Source: a virus
Lineage: Duplodnaviria; Heunggongvirae; Uroviricota; Caudoviricetes
IMG/VR virus record: IMGVR_UViG_3300008114_000011
Reading direction: 5' to 3' (one strand)
Length of the DNA: 64,000 bases
Shown here: positions 9,491-17,915 of the stretch, piece by piece
Position numbering within the stretch: the stretch's first letter is position 1
Layout: every line of letters starts with the position of its first letter
Made by a program: the position numbers and the translations under genes
The notes under the pieces: model-generated
Seen by the model: the letters and a program-made list of their open reading frames with translations, nothing else
Databases searched by the model: none
What the model was told of the DNA's origin: nothing

Positions 9491-9775
9491 ATGAAAATAT
9501 TAAAACTCTTATTAAAGATATTTGAGGAGAAACCTAAACTAAAAAAAGTTATTGATTATGGAAAGGATCATCCATCAATTGGTGATTTTATCATTTCAAT
9601 TTCAAATGATAGAGGTTTAATTTATGGCAAGAAATATGAAGTAACTCGATTATATTATAATAATGGTGCCATTAATGAACTTGGACATGGTGTTTCTGAT
9701 ATGAACCTATTTGTTTATGAAAGAGATTTATTACAGTACAATAGAGATAAAAAACTAAGAAAACTGGGTTTATAA
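9491..9775 (+). CDS. small protein with RDKKLRKLGL tail
   Basis: family tail. Confidence 0.65.
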   Translation: MKILKLLLKIFEEKPKLKKVIDYGKDHPSIGDFIISISNDRGLIYGKKYEVTRLYYNNGAINELGHGVSDMNLFVYERDLLQYNRDKKLRKLGL

Positions 9776-9780
9776 AAAAA

Positions 9781-9810
9781 AGTTTGAGTAGTCAATTAAC
9801 TACTCAAACT
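9781..9810. terminator. hairpin between convergent genes
   Basis: AGTTTGAGTAG-tcaattaa-CTACTCAAACT flanked by A-run / T-run. Confidence 0.45.
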
Positions 9811-10344
9811 AATATTATTTCCTACATAAAAAAGATAAGGAACACCACTTGGACTAGTTCCACTAACTGTCGGCGCACCATCCAAAGATGTCAATTTATT
9901 ATCTCTACAATCAAAAACATAAACCTTTTTTGGTGAACCTTCTAAAGATGTCAATTCATTTTTACTACAATCAAATCTTTCCACACCAATTTGTGGTGAT
10001 CCAACTAAAGTTGTTAATTGATTATTACTACAATTGAAATCCCCATTAATTTCTTTTGGAGCACCTTCTAAGGATGTTAATTGATTGTTACTACAATTGA
10101 AATCACCATTGACTTTATTAAACTTAACCGGTAACTTAGTTAGCTTTAAACCAGATAAATCAACATGACAATAAACATCAACAGATAAATCATCATTAAC
10201 TCTAAACCTTTTACCAATAGAGCTATCACCAATTAAATATAAATTACAAAGTCCAATCACTTTATTTTTAGCGGACTTTAACTTTTGTTCATCACTTTTT
10301 TCGAAGAAGTCAAAAAAACCTTCAAATGTTTTTAATTTTTTCAT
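9796..10344 (-). CDS. leucine-rich-repeat-like protein (~22-aa tandem repeats GDFNCSNNQLTSLEGAP) with MKKLKTFEGF N-terminus
   Basis: five tandem ~22-residue LRR-like units visible in protein and as ~66-nt DNA repeats. Confidence 0.65.
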   Translation of the reverse strand: MKKLKTFEGFFDFFEKSDEQKLKSAKNKVIGLCNLYLIGDSSIGKRFRVNDDLSVDVYCHVDLSGLKLTKLPVKFNKVNGDFNCSNNQLTSLEGAPKEINGDFNCSNNQLTTLVGSPQIGVERFDCSKNELTSLEGSPKKVYVFDCRDNKLTSLDGAPTVSGTSPSGVPYLFYVGNNISLSS

Positions 10345-10374
10345 TTCATTTATTTTTTTAAATATAATAATAAA

Positions 10375-10914
10375 TTATTTAAACTCTATAACAAACTTAA
10401 AATCATGTTTAAGTCCCACTATTTCACTTTCTGAAATTTTCTTTGAATATCTAAGTGAATTTACAGAGAAGTTTTCAGGTTTTAACCAATCTTGTTCACT
10501 ATATGTAAACATATAATAAGTAACCGAATAACCACTATCAGTTATTTTATTAGCAATTTCAAATAACTTCTTTTTATCAACCTTATCTAAAACTACATAG
10601 ATTGGTAAGTTTAATTTTTTTATATTCTTAGTTTTAATATAATCTGGATCATTTTTATAAAGGTATTCAATTGAATTTCCCATACTCAATAAATGAGCAC
10701 CTTTATCATTTGAATTATCAAAACTAGACTTTGATGTACTAACTAAATCACCTTCTTCAAAATTCAATTTAATCAATTTAACGCTTGGGTGGTTAAATGT
10801 AAACCTTCCTGGTGATGAATAGATAATAGCATCTGGTTTTATATTATTAAGTTCTTTTACTAAAGAAACTAAACTATCATTTGATAGTGACTCATATGTT
10901 TGTAAATATCTCAT
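10375..10914 (-). CDS. hypothetical protein (N-term MRYLQTYESL)
   Basis: ORF. Confidence 0.55.
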   Translation of the reverse strand: MRYLQTYESLSNDSLVSLVKELNNIKPDAIIYSSPGRFTFNHPSVKLIKLNFEEGDLVSTSKSSFDNSNDKGAHLLSMGNSIEYLYKNDPDYIKTKNIKKLNLPIYVVLDKVDKKKLFEIANKITDSGYSVTYYMFTYSEQDWLKPENFSVNSLRYSKKISESEIVGLKHDFKFVIEFK

Positions 10915-11210
10915 TATTCTTCATCATTATTTTCTGGTATCATATTACCTAAAGCATTAAAAATCTGAATACCATCAAAACCTTCAGTTCTTAATACATG
11001 ATAGAACTCAGCAAACTCTTGAGTTGAAAAATCTCTATTACCAAACTCAGCTTTAAATCTTTCGATAATTTCGGATGTTTTATCATCATTGATTACATTT
11101 TTCTTTCTTAAAAAATTGTCTAACTCTTTAGTTCTATCTGAACGTCTTTCATTTTCTTGATATGTTCCTCTATCACGTCCATAATTTTCAAATGTTTTAA
11201 TATTCTTCAT
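10914..11210 (-). CDS. hypothetical acidic small protein (N-term MKNIKTFENY)
   Basis: ORF; 3' ~40 nt duplicated at 16934-16970. Confidence 0.5.
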   Translation of the reverse strand: MKNIKTFENYGRDRGTYQENERRSDRTKELDNFLRKKNVINDDKTSEIIERFKAEFGNRDFSTQEFAEFYHVLRTEGFDGIQIFNALGNMIPENNDEE

Positions 11211-11258
11211 AATAATTTTTATTTTCTTTATATATTAAAAAGTAATTTTTATTTTTTT

Positions 11259-11266
11259 TATATTTG
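11259..11266 (+). promoter_or_regulatory. Bacteroidetes-type -7 box TAnnTTTG
   Basis: TATATTTG upstream of 11292. Confidence 0.4.
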
Positions 11267-11291
11267 TAGTATAAATTAAAAACGAAAAGAG

Positions 11292-11528
11292 ATGGCTGAT
11301 AAAACTCCAATGGAACAATTGATTGATAAGATTGATTTATACGATAAAAATGGTGGTATTAATATGTTTACATTAAAAGATGTTTTACAATCTTATCTTA
11401 AAATAGAGACTGAATATTTATCTAATTTAAAACTAGAGAAAGTAGAGAAGGTCAAGGAGGAGAAAAAACACCGTTGTCCAGAGTGTGGTAGATATAACTC
11501 AGGTACTTGTAATTGTTGGTTCTCTTAA
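11292..11528 (+). CDS. hypothetical protein, paralog of 1534..1986 N-domain with C-terminal zinc ribbon (CPECG..CNC)
   Basis: paralogy; TAnnTTTG box at 11259. Confidence 0.55.
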   Translation: MADKTPMEQLIDKIDLYDKNGGINMFTLKDVLQSYLKIETEYLSNLKLEKVEKVKEEKKHRCPECGRYNSGTCNCWFS

Positions 11529-11559
11529 TTGACTTCGTTAAAAATAAAACTGGAATAAT

Positions 11560-11823
11560 ATGAAAAGAATACTTTTAGGAATAGCAATCGGTATAACCGT
11601 AATCACTACATTATCAATGACTATTAGTGGTGCAACGAATGATAATAGATTTGGTGGAAACAGTGGTGTTATGTTAACTGTACCTGCTAAACCAACTTCG
11701 ACGGTATATGTAGGATACGATCAATTAAATAAATATCTACAAAAGGGATATCAAGTACAACAAGTAGTGACTGGTGATTATAATGAACCAAGAAATCATA
11801 GTTTCTTAATGGTTAAATATTAA
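11560..11823 (+). CDS. small secreted/membrane protein (signal-peptide-like N-terminus)
   Basis: hydrophobic N-terminus MKRILLGIAIGITVITTLS. Confidence 0.5.
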   Translation: MKRILLGIAIGITVITTLSMTISGATNDNRFGGNSGVMLTVPAKPTSTVYVGYDQLNKYLQKGYQVQQVVTGDYNEPRNHSFLMVKY

Positions 11824-11856
11824 AAGATTTTGGTGATTATTGTAAAAATATTACTA

Positions 11857-11950
11857 TATTTGTTTTAGTCAGGTGGCGGAATTGGTAGACGTTATTAGAG
11901 GTAAATCCATGTAGGTAAAATCGAAAGGTTCTCATACAGGTTCGAGTCCT
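11857..11950 (+). tRNA. tRNA-like gene (long-variable-arm type; GGCGGAATTGGTAGAC D-arm, GGTTCGAGTCC T-arm)
   Basis: acceptor AGTCAGG/CCTGACT pairing, canonical D and T arms; anticodon arm not resolved by eye; TAnnTTTG box immediately upstream. Confidence 0.5.
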
Positions 11951-12125
11951 GTCCTGACTACGAGGTTCTAACTATGTGTGGTTTTGTGTATTACATAGGG
12001 TGAGGTTTAGTAAATACCATTTATTGAATAAAAAATACACGCCAGGGCGGAAATGTAACTTAATACAACTGGGTTGACCTTGATCAGGTGTTACGTGAGT
12101 TCAAATCTCAATCTGTCCACTAAAT

Positions 12126-12215
12126 AGTCAGATCGTCTAATGGTAGGACGGCTAGATGACTCAGATACTGATTCTGAAAATTTTGCTTATATAGGTTCGA
12201 ATCCTTTTCTGACTA
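12126..12215 (+). tRNA. tRNA-like gene (D-arm CGTCTAATGGTAGGACG, T-arm GGTTCGAATCC)
   Basis: acceptor AGTCAGA/TCTGACT pairing; long extra arm; anticodon not resolved. Confidence 0.45.
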
Positions 12216-12224
12216 CGAACATGG

Positions 12225-12449
12225 TTGCTAAATAATATGAAAGACGAAATTAGAAAAATCATTGAGAGTGGTAATAATACTGATGATATTGTTGATAATA
12301 TATTAGAGTTATTAAAGAATAAATCAATAGTGGTTTATGATACTCGAGATAATATTGAATGGAAAAAAAATTTAAAACATATATTATTAGATAATAAAAA
12401 GTATGTTTTATATCCGAATAGAGAAAGAATTATAATTACTTGTGTATGA
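12225..12449 (+). CDS. hypothetical small protein
   Basis: ORF directly after tRNA-like gene. Confidence 0.4.
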   Translation: MLNNMKDEIRKIIESGNNTDDIVDNILELLKNKSIVVYDTRDNIEWKKNLKHILLDNKKYVLYPNRERIIITCV

Positions 12450-12506
12450 AGGGTAACTTCATAGATGAAATTAAGTTTGTGGGTATAACAGATTAAAACC
12501 CTCGTT

Positions 12507-12672
12507 AGTCAGGTGGCGGAATATTAACATCCCCGTTCTAGTTGTAAAAATAATGTGGTTAGAATCCACTACGGGGACAATGTTAATTTGGTAGACGCAC
12601 GAGAAGTACAATCGACAAGGCGGCCCTATAAACGGGAACGAGTGTGTACAGGTTCGAGTCCTGTTCTGACTT
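12507..12672 (+). tRNA. tRNA-like gene interrupted in the D-loop by a ~66-nt inverted-repeat insertion
   Basis: GTCAGGTGGCGGAAT[insert]TTGGTAGACGC...GGTTCGAGTCCTGTTCTGACT; insert ATTAACATCCCCGT...ACGGGGACAATGTTAAT. Confidence 0.4.
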
Positions 12673-12674
12673 CT

Positions 12675-12992
12675 ATGAGATCTATTAAAAAGGTCACCGA
12701 ATTATTTTATTTGGTGAATGAAAAAAATGATTATTCCGGTGAATACGATATAGAAATATTGTCAGAGATTACAGGGGAGGATTTTGATGATGAATCTATT
12801 GGAATATTTACAATAGATTCAAACAATACAATCGATGATGATTTTATATCAATCCGTCGTAAAACGATTTCAAGTGAACCATTTTTCTCTGAGGAGAAGA
12901 CAATATTCTATGAAGAGATACATCGAATAAGTATGAACGAATATAAGACATATTTAAGAGATAAGAAGATAAGTGAATTATTAAAAAAATAA
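12675..12992 (+). CDS. hypothetical protein with variant tail (RDKKISELLKK); ORF-track start 12555 overlaps tRNA-like gene
   Basis: internal ATG at 12675 after tRNA 3' end. Confidence 0.45.
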   Translation: MRSIKKVTELFYLVNEKNDYSGEYDIEILSEITGEDFDDESIGIFTIDSNNTIDDDFISIRRKTISSEPFFSEEKTIFYEEIHRISMNEYKTYLRDKKISELLKK

Positions 12993-13038
12993 TATGAGAG
13001 ATTTATAATAATTGGGTTTATAGTGTGTGATTTTTTAT

Positions 13039-13046
13039 TATATTTG
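13039..13046 (+). promoter_or_regulatory. Bacteroidetes-type -7 box TAnnTTTG
   Basis: TATATTTG upstream of 13063. Confidence 0.4.
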
Positions 13047-13062
13047 TTATAAAAGTATCTAA

Positions 13063-13542
13063 ATGAAAGTAATATTTTTAGACATAGATGGCGTTCTTAA
13101 CCTTTGTTACGAAGGTAGAGATGAATATGGATCACTATTTCATCCACACTTAGTAGACAATCTAAAACGATTGATTGATGAAACTGGTGCTAAGATTGTT
13201 ATAAGTAGTACTTGGCGTTTAAGTGGGTTAGAAATAATGAAAGAAATGTGGATTAAAAGAGGTTTACCAGGTGAGGTTATTGGTATAACTCCAAACTTTA
13301 TGAGACATTATGGCACAACTTTATGTAGAGGAAAAGAAATAGACGCTTATCTTAAAGAGAACAAAGATATTACGAGTTATTTAATCTTAGACGATGATAC
13401 AGATATGGAAGAACACCAACTACCTTATTTCGTAAAAACATCTGGTAATAAAGATCACGAAGATTGTGTTGATATTGGTTATGGTTTGACAAGAATCTGT
13501 ACGGATAAGGCAATAGAAATACTAAATAACTTAGAGTTATGA
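13063..13542 (+). CDS. HAD-superfamily phosphatase
   Basis: motif I FLDIDGVL near N-terminus, motif II VISSTWR; TAnnTTTG box at 13039. Confidence 0.65.
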   Translation: MKVIFLDIDGVLNLCYEGRDEYGSLFHPHLVDNLKRLIDETGAKIVISSTWRLSGLEIMKEMWIKRGLPGEVIGITPNFMRHYGTTLCRGKEIDAYLKENKDITSYLILDDDTDMEEHQLPYFVKTSGNKDHEDCVDIGYGLTRICTDKAIEILNNLEL

Positions 13543-13578
13543 ACTCGAATCTGATTTAAAACATTCTAAAGAAATTAA

Positions 13579-13956
13579 ATGTATAGAGAGTTCAAAAAAG
13601 GAGAAACATACCACGTAACATCAATCAGAGTTGATGGTACTGAAGGCTTTAGTATATTTAGACCCAACTCAACACAAAATGTATTCGACTCTATAATAGA
13701 TTGCCAAAGCTTCTCTAATATGAATAACCACTGGCACAAAAATAGTGTTGTATTCATTAGAAAATCAGATGGGGCCAACACTTACCCCTGGACATTAGGT
13801 GAAGGTACTTCTGTATGGAATAGACCAACTCGTCTTGCGACCGAACAAGAAAAACTAATATTAGATTCTGTACTACAAAGAGACGAGGCTCTAACAACTG
13901 CTGAAATTAGAGATATAAAGATTAATACCATTCTAAGTAAAAATGAAAAAAATTAA
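13579..13956 (+). CDS. hypothetical protein with decayed family tail (EIRDIKINTIL...)
   Basis: ORF. Confidence 0.45.
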   Translation: MYREFKKGETYHVTSIRVDGTEGFSIFRPNSTQNVFDSIIDCQSFSNMNNHWHKNSVVFIRKSDGANTYPWTLGEGTSVWNRPTRLATEQEKLILDSVLQRDEALTTAEIRDIKINTILSKNEKN

Positions 13957-14281
13957 AACCTGGTTCATTTATAGAACATATAAATTATTTTATAATGCAC
14001 CTGCTCCTAAATTTAAAATAGGTGACTCTGTTGTAACAGATGGTTATCTTAATACTAATGGTTATAAAATTGAAGGTGAAATAATCTCTATGAGATATAA
14101 TAAGCATGATAATATGTGGTTATGTGTAGTTAAGGATAATACACCATTTGAAAATAATCATACAACCAGTATGGGTTATGAATTTGACATTGATTTTCTA
14201 ACACTTACATTTCAAGAAGATCAATTACTACCTAGTAAATCTTATATTAGAAATAAAAAATTGGAAGAGTTAGGTATTTAA
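13943..14281 (+). CDS. small protein with RNKKLEELGI tail
   Basis: family tail. Confidence 0.6.
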   Translation: MKKIKTWFIYRTYKLFYNAPAPKFKIGDSVVTDGYLNTNGYKIEGEIISMRYNKHDNMWLCVVKDNTPFENNHTTSMGYEFDIDFLTLTFQEDQLLPSKSYIRNKKLEELGI

Positions 14282-14299
14282 ATAATAATAAATTAATAA

Positions 14300-14866
14300 A
14301 TGAAGTTTGAAACTGAACATTATAAATATTTTACATATTTATTGAATAAATATTTAATTTTAAAGGAAAAGTTCAAAGAAATATCTAATAGGGATTATAA
14401 ATTAAATATACTATTAAATCAAAAATATAGTGATATAGATGGAGATATTTCACAGTTAATTGATTTGATTGATAATTTATATGATGATTTGGATATAAAT
14501 AATTTGAATGAGAAAGTTTTATCTTGTATAGATTCACATATGGTAAAATTATCACACTTAATTAGTATTAATTATGGTAAGGGTGGCATTAGAACATCCT
14601 TGGAACGTGAATTGGATGGATATGCTGATAGAAATTTATGTGTATCTCCTGGTTTAACTGATATATCAAAATCAGGTGTCATACCAGCTAATTATTCAAA
14701 TGGAACTGGTGATGTACAAGAAATTATATATGCTACACATATATCAGGTGGTATGGATTCAACATTAAATATGCCTAATAGAATTGTCTTAGATAAATTA
14801 TCATATATTGATGGTGTCTTATTCAAATATAAAGGAATTTATAAATTAAGTAGTGATGGAAAATAA
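14300..14866 (+). CDS. hypothetical protein
   Basis: ORF. Confidence 0.5.
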   Translation: MKFETEHYKYFTYLLNKYLILKEKFKEISNRDYKLNILLNQKYSDIDGDISQLIDLIDNLYDDLDINNLNEKVLSCIDSHMVKLSHLISINYGKGGIRTSLERELDGYADRNLCVSPGLTDISKSGVIPANYSNGTGDVQEIIYATHISGGMDSTLNMPNRIVLDKLSYIDGVLFKYKGIYKLSSDGK

Positions 14867-15116
14867 ACTAAGTATTGGAGACTTCGTCAAATATAAATCT
14901 CATCCAAGTATATCACATTTCACTCGTAAATATCATAGAGGTCAGATAATCGATATCATAGAACCTTATACATGTCCTCATACCGGATCTCCTGAACCAG
15001 GTTCGATAACCATAGTAAGAGAAGATGGTTCTATAAACACAGACTATCATTATGTATTCGAATTAGATAGGGAGAAAATGAGGGATGATAAACTAAAGGA
15101 ATTAGGAATATGTTAA
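14853..15116 (+). CDS. small protein with RDDKLKELGI tail
   Basis: family tail. Confidence 0.65.
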   Translation: MMENKLSIGDFVKYKSHPSISHFTRKYHRGQIIDIIEPYTCPHTGSPEPGSITIVREDGSINTDYHYVFELDREKMRDDKLKELGIC

Positions 15117-15388
15117 AAGATATTATGACCGCAAAGCTGATTGCCAAGGAAGACTACTTCCTAACGCTCGACCTGGGATATAAAAATCCCACCCCCAACA
15201 AGGTGCTCACGAGAGGGAAGATCTACGAGTGCGAGGACATCTCCGGGACATCCCCTGATGATTTCCCTGATTATGACAAGTACTACAAGGTGATCGGCGA
15301 CGACGGAAACCGTCTGACCCTTGGCAAAGGAAGGTTCTTCTCCATAGAAGAGACGAGAGAAATGAAGCTGAAAGAAATTGGACTATGA
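15110..15388 (+). CDS. family member with REMKLKEIGL tail, strongly GC-rich codon usage
   Basis: family tail; GC-rich island. Confidence 0.65.
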   Translation: MLKDIMTAKLIAKEDYFLTLDLGYKNPTPNKVLTRGKIYECEDISGTSPDDFPDYDKYYKVIGDDGNRLTLGKGRFFSIEETREMKLKEIGL

Positions 15389-15872
15389 AACTCAAGATAG
15401 GAGATTGGGTCTTGCCGAAGAACCACATACGACAAAGCCCGCACATCAAAATGAAGGTCATAGACACGAGGGTCCTTTATTTGATATTAGATTAGTTGGT
15501 AATTCAATTATGTTTAGACTGAATCCTAATAGTAGAATTAACGATTTAGTTGAAACTATTGGATTCAAAATAAATAAACTATTAATTGATAACATTGCAT
15601 CAAAGAGTAGATTAGAAGTATTGGAATTCAGAAAAGGAAATATTTCAATCAAACTGGAAGCTACTAATTTTGGGAATAGATATGATTTTTTAATAAGTGA
15701 AGATGTTGAATACTCATATAATAGAAATGATATTGAAAAAAGAAGAGATCCAGGATTTAGATATACTGGATCCAGATTAGTCGGTACAGATACCAAAATC
15801 GATTATGGTTATATTAAATATGATTCATTTACATTAAATCTAAGTTCTTCACAAACTGAACCAGATTTTTAA
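15378..15872 (+). CDS. chimeric ORF containing PLFDIRLVGNSIMFRLNPNS segment; coding status uncertain
   Basis: ORF track; no family tail; mosaic. Confidence 0.3.
   Translation: MDYETQDRRLGLAEEPHTTKPAHQNEGHRHEGPLFDIRLVGNSIMFRLNPNSRINDLVETIGFKINKLLIDNIASKSRLEVLEFRKGNISIKLEATNFGNRYDFLISEDVEYSYNRNDIEKRRDPGFRYTGSRLVGTDTKIDYGYIKYDSFTLNLSSSQTEPDF
15385..15495 (+). pseudogene. truncated family member (MKLKIGDWVLPKNHIRQSPHIKMKVID..., homolog of 6697..6948 N-terminus)
   Basis: 36-codon ORF matching GDWV..KPHIKM+IIE then running out of frame into a segment copied from 8832..9032. Confidence 0.4.
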
Positions 15873-16003
15873 ACTATTATAGAAATAATAAAAAAAACCT
15901 TTAAAGGAGAATTGAGAGATATTAAAATCAATCAACTGATGAGTTAATTGAAAAAATTTATTATCTTTGAGTAAGTTTTGTTATTTAAATAAACATAAAC
16001 ATA

Positions 16004-16216
16004 ATGAAAAAGTTAATTAAAGAATATGAGAAGCTCAATCCTGGGTGTAAGATTAAGTACATACCTGAAAATTTTGCTTCTATTGAAATTTATAATAGTG
16101 GTGGATTAATTGCTATATTAGAGCCATTTGAATTGAGAGTGGAAGTGGAAAGAATGGTGAAAAATAAAGCTGAAGTTCGTGATAAAAAACTTAGTGAGTT
16201 ACTTGGAGAAAATTAA
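16004..16216 (+). CDS. small protein with RDKKLSELLGEN tail
   Basis: family tail variant. Confidence 0.55.
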   Translation: MKKLIKEYEKLNPGCKIKYIPENFASIEIYNSGGLIAILEPFELRVEVERMVKNKAEVRDKKLSELLGEN

Positions 16217-16308
16217 AACTAACGGTTATGGAGATATAAAGATTAACAACATTATAGAAACTAATTGAAAAAATTATTATCTTTGATGTGTAAATTAAAA
16301 CCACCAGA

Positions 16309-16638
16309 ATGGCATCATCCAGAAAACGAAGACTTAAAATTAAAAAAGGTGAAACTCATAAGAGTATAGAAATTAAATATTGTAAGCCAGAAATATCTAT
16401 ACAACATACTCGTGAATATTCAAAGATATTTGTTGAATGGGAAGATAAAAACGAAAAATCAGAAGATCTACGTAGAGAAGGTAAATACCATATAGTGTCA
16501 TATACTTATAGAAATAAACAAGAGTTGGATGATAATATCCAAAAGATCTCCGACTTAAAGAATATATTCCCATATCTAAGTATAAAATCATCACTTATTA
16601 AGTATTTGAAAACTCTAAGACCATTATCATATGTTTAA
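16309..16638 (+). CDS. hypothetical basic protein
   Basis: ORF. Confidence 0.4.
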   Translation: MASSRKRRLKIKKGETHKSIEIKYCKPEISIQHTREYSKIFVEWEDKNEKSEDLRREGKYHIVSYTYRNKQELDDNIQKISDLKNIFPYLSIKSSLIKYLKTLRPLSYV

Positions 16639-16870
16639 AAAGGGAGATATATTAATTGCTAAAACGAGCTCAATTTATAATAACCATAATAAATTGACTA
16701 TTGGTAAAGAATATGTAATAAAAAATACATATGGTGGTCTAAATATTTATGATGATACTTTAAAAGCTTGGTTCTTTTCTCCAGATGAATATGATATTCA
16801 TTACTATGGGAAATTCTTTTATACCAAAGAGGAGTTGAGAGATATGAGATTATCCACTTTACTTGAATAA
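16631..16870 (+). CDS. family member (LTIGKEYVI core, RDMRLSTLLE tail)
   Basis: family motifs. Confidence 0.55.
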   Translation: MFKKGDILIAKTSSIYNNHNKLTIGKEYVIKNTYGGLNIYDDTLKAWFFSPDEYDIHYYGKFFYTKEELRDMRLSTLLE

Positions 16871-16987
16871 AATTGATAATATTTTATTTATATATTTTTC
16901 TTTGAAAAGAATTTTGAAATGATAGATATTTCATTATTCTTCATCATTATTTTCTGGTATCATATTACTATTAAACTCCAACCTGCT

Positions 16988-17560
16988 TTATACACATACT
17001 TGAAGAAGTGAACCTTTATTTAATAATACTACTAATTTACCATCAATATTTAACCAATTATTCATGATGGTTTCTTTACTCCATTCCCACGCCTCCTTCT
17101 TGTATATATTCAATAAAAAACCATATCTCTCAAAAAACGACCAGATTGAAGTGCTTACGTAAATTCGTCTATCTCTACTTTTATCATAAAAAATTATATT
17201 GTCACCTGGATTATACCTATAAAGAACACATCCAGGGTGATCCTTACTCTCAACTTTTTCCATATCAGAAAAGTTTTTATTTAACCAATCAATACATACA
17301 TTCTCTATTGGTTTATCAGTAACTATAATTCCTTTACTTGTTTTATGAGAGTAATATCCTTCCTCTTCTATCCATGATTTTAAATGGTTTATTTTATCTT
17401 CACTAGGTTCTTCACTAAATTCAAATAAACGAAACATAGATGTATCTCCGTACTTCTCATCAAAGGTAACCTCATCAACCTCTATTGGATCTAAAGCAGA
17501 TGTTACAATCCATTTAGGATCTTCTCCATCGAAGTTTTCAAATAATTTTAAGTATTTCAT
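16988..17560 (-). CDS. hypothetical protein with MKYLKLFENF N-terminus
   Basis: ORF; shared N-terminal decapeptide. Confidence 0.55.
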   Translation of the reverse strand: MKYLKLFENFDGEDPKWIVTSALDPIEVDEVTFDEKYGDTSMFRLFEFSEEPSEDKINHLKSWIEEEGYYSHKTSKGIIVTDKPIENVCIDWLNKNFSDMEKVESKDHPGCVLYRYNPGDNIIFYDKSRDRRIYVSTSIWSFFERYGFLLNIYKKEAWEWSKETIMNNWLNIDGKLVVLLNKGSLLQVCV

Positions 17561-17915
17561 ATTTCTATATATTATTTATTAAATGATTCAGATGGATAGA
17601 TTCATTAAATTTTCTTATCTTCATAAAGTATATATTAACTTTGTTTATTCTAAAAAAATTCATATCTTTATATAAACTAAAAATAGAATTATGAAATTGT
17701 CTCCATTTACCTCATTAGTAATTAGTATGATATTCACCATCATTTGTACAATGGTCGTATTATCACATATACACCAAAACTTCCCTAATTGTAAATAATC
17801 ATGAAAGAAGGAGTACAACCATGGCATATCATTTTATCAGTAGTTCCACTGGTTATTACCGTCATAATTCTAATATTCATAGTACTCAAAAGAATATCAA
17901 AAGACTTAGATTAAA

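Noticed and set aside
12030-12125. Possible fourth tRNA between tRNA-like genes 1 and 2 (T-arm-like GTGAGTTCAAATCTCA)
   Set aside because: I could not find an acceptor stem complementary to the 3' end on either strand. It is kept only as a note in the findings.
15207-15796. Minus-strand ORFs 15207..15467 (Arg/Ser/Cys-rich) and 15458..15796
   Set aside because: They are antisense to the GC-rich family member and the mosaic region, and their composition reflects the complement of a GC-rich coding strand.
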